From an uncultured Candidatus Saccharibacteria bacterium (GTDB lineage: Bacteria; Patescibacteriota; Minisyncoccia; Phycocordibacterales; SW-6-46-9), in contig CAZHOI010000002.1 in NCBI GenBank assembly GCA_964534365.1, positions 8,138 to 72,137 on the forward strand: a stretch of 64,000 bases of DNA, read 5' to 3'. The notes under the pieces are model-generated. The model worked only from the letters and a program-made list of their open reading frames with translations. It had not been told where the DNA came from and made no database searches. The translations under genes and the position numbers were made by a program. This document shows positions 63,125 to 64,000 of the stretch, piece after piece (the first letter of the stretch is position 1; each line of letters begins with the position of its first letter).

Positions 63125-64000
63125 TCAGAGCCAATTAGCAATTTTGACCAGCTCCTCGATAGCGTGCTGCTTGACACTGCTATCCTCTAAAGAGTCATAG
63201 ATACCCAATAGAATTAATATGTGATCGCGATTGATCTTTTTTTCGAAACTTGCTTGTTGGCCGCCACGCAGTTTTGCTCCGGTTACTTCATCTAATAATT
63301 GATTTGCTTCATTTTCTGATATCACCTCCTGCTGCACTGCCAATCTAGCCGCCTGACTAGCTAGCAACCTTAAAATAGCTCTGCGCTCTATTGTTTCTTC
63401 GAAACGTTTCTTTTTCTCGGGCGATAAAGGTTTTGGTACACTTTTGGACTCATTTATTGCTTCTAATATCTTCACTAAATTTTTTCTAGCTTCATGCCGG
63501 CTAATCTCATCAATTAACGGTAACTCTGCGTAATCTTTTATTACAACTAAAGGATCATCGGCAAATCTGTTTGCCAAATCAGGATAGAGTACTAATCTAG
63601 TTTTAAAATATTTAATAACTTCCCGTAAATCTTTAGTTTTATTTGTTGAAAGCACATTAATTAATTGATCGAGATTTAATTCTGATGCTTGTCGCCAAAT
63701 ATCACCATTAACTGGTGTAGGATAATTATTCTCAAAACCACTTTTGACTGAATCAGCTTTTTTTTGTGATTTAACTTTTTCATCCTCGGGCGGCAAGCCA
63801 CCTTTTATACGATTAATTAGCTCCTGCGGCCTTTCTATAAACTCAGCTAGGTCTAAAACCGACTCAATTCTACCTCTTCTAGCTTCAATGGTTTTTGTCT
63901 TTACCCAGGACCGAATCTGATCCTGATCGTTTTTACTCAAATCATCAATTATTCTCTCAACTGGCTTTGGAAGCGTAAAGGGATTATGAACTTTTTGTAT
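63125..64000 (-). CDS. Hypothetical helical protein, 5'-truncated by the window end
   Basis: Frame stays open from 63940 to 64000 (IQKVHNPFTLPKPVERIIDDL...). Confidence 0.6.
   Translation of the reverse strand: MQKVHNPFTLPKPVERIIDDLSKNDQDQIRSWVKTKTIEARRGRIESVLDLAEFIERPQELINRIKGGLPPEDEKVKSQKKADSVKSGFENNYPTPVNGDIWRQASELNLDQLINVLSTNKTKDLREVIKYFKTRLVLYPDLANRFADDPLVVIKDYAELPLIDEISRHEARKNLVKILEAINESKSVPKPLSPEKKKRFEETIERRAILRLLASQAARLAVQQEVISENEANQLLDEVTGAKLRGGQQASFEKKINRDHILILLGIYDSLEDSSVKQHAIEELVKIANWL

Overview
This 64-kb window reads as chromosome of a Patescibacteria (CPR), most likely Parcubacteria. The inference rests on gene content and order, the long NDK, a DUF87/VirD4-like ATPase, G-x-V-L-G surface motifs and few Shine-Dalgarno leaders; TGA is used as stop, so the code is 11. 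Housekeeping genes: gatCA, CPD photolyase, ABC exporter, ligA, recG, ftsH, smpB/tmRNA, infC-rpmI-rplT, a beta-CASP nuclease and ndk. RNA genes: tRNA-Ser(GCT), tRNA-Ile(TAT), tmRNA and a probable 6S RNA. A ~21-kb type IV pilus/competence locus contains comF, pilM, pilT, pilC, pilins, pilD, pilN/O/P-like, pilB, minor pilins, large secreted proteins and a detached pilX-like gene. Most notable observations: (1) a RAYT (HUH/Y1) transposase sits inside the pilin cluster, and its GGGTGACWGTCACCC palindromes mark pilin-gene boundaries, carry stuttered ends and occupy promoter positions; (2) an intact tRNA-Ser lies nested in the D-loop region of a second tRNA-Ser that also carries two more hairpin insertions; (3) a GC-rich gene has a Bacteroidota/Rhodothermota-type T9SS sorting domain; (4) a TrpR-like gene is bracketed by three copies of an 18-bp palindrome; (5) DnaA-box-like motifs lie 31/41 bp upstream of -10 boxes of surface genes; (6) a VirD4/DUF87 ATPase operon carries candidate effector/translocator proteins. 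All calls come from reading motifs by eye; no database searches were run.
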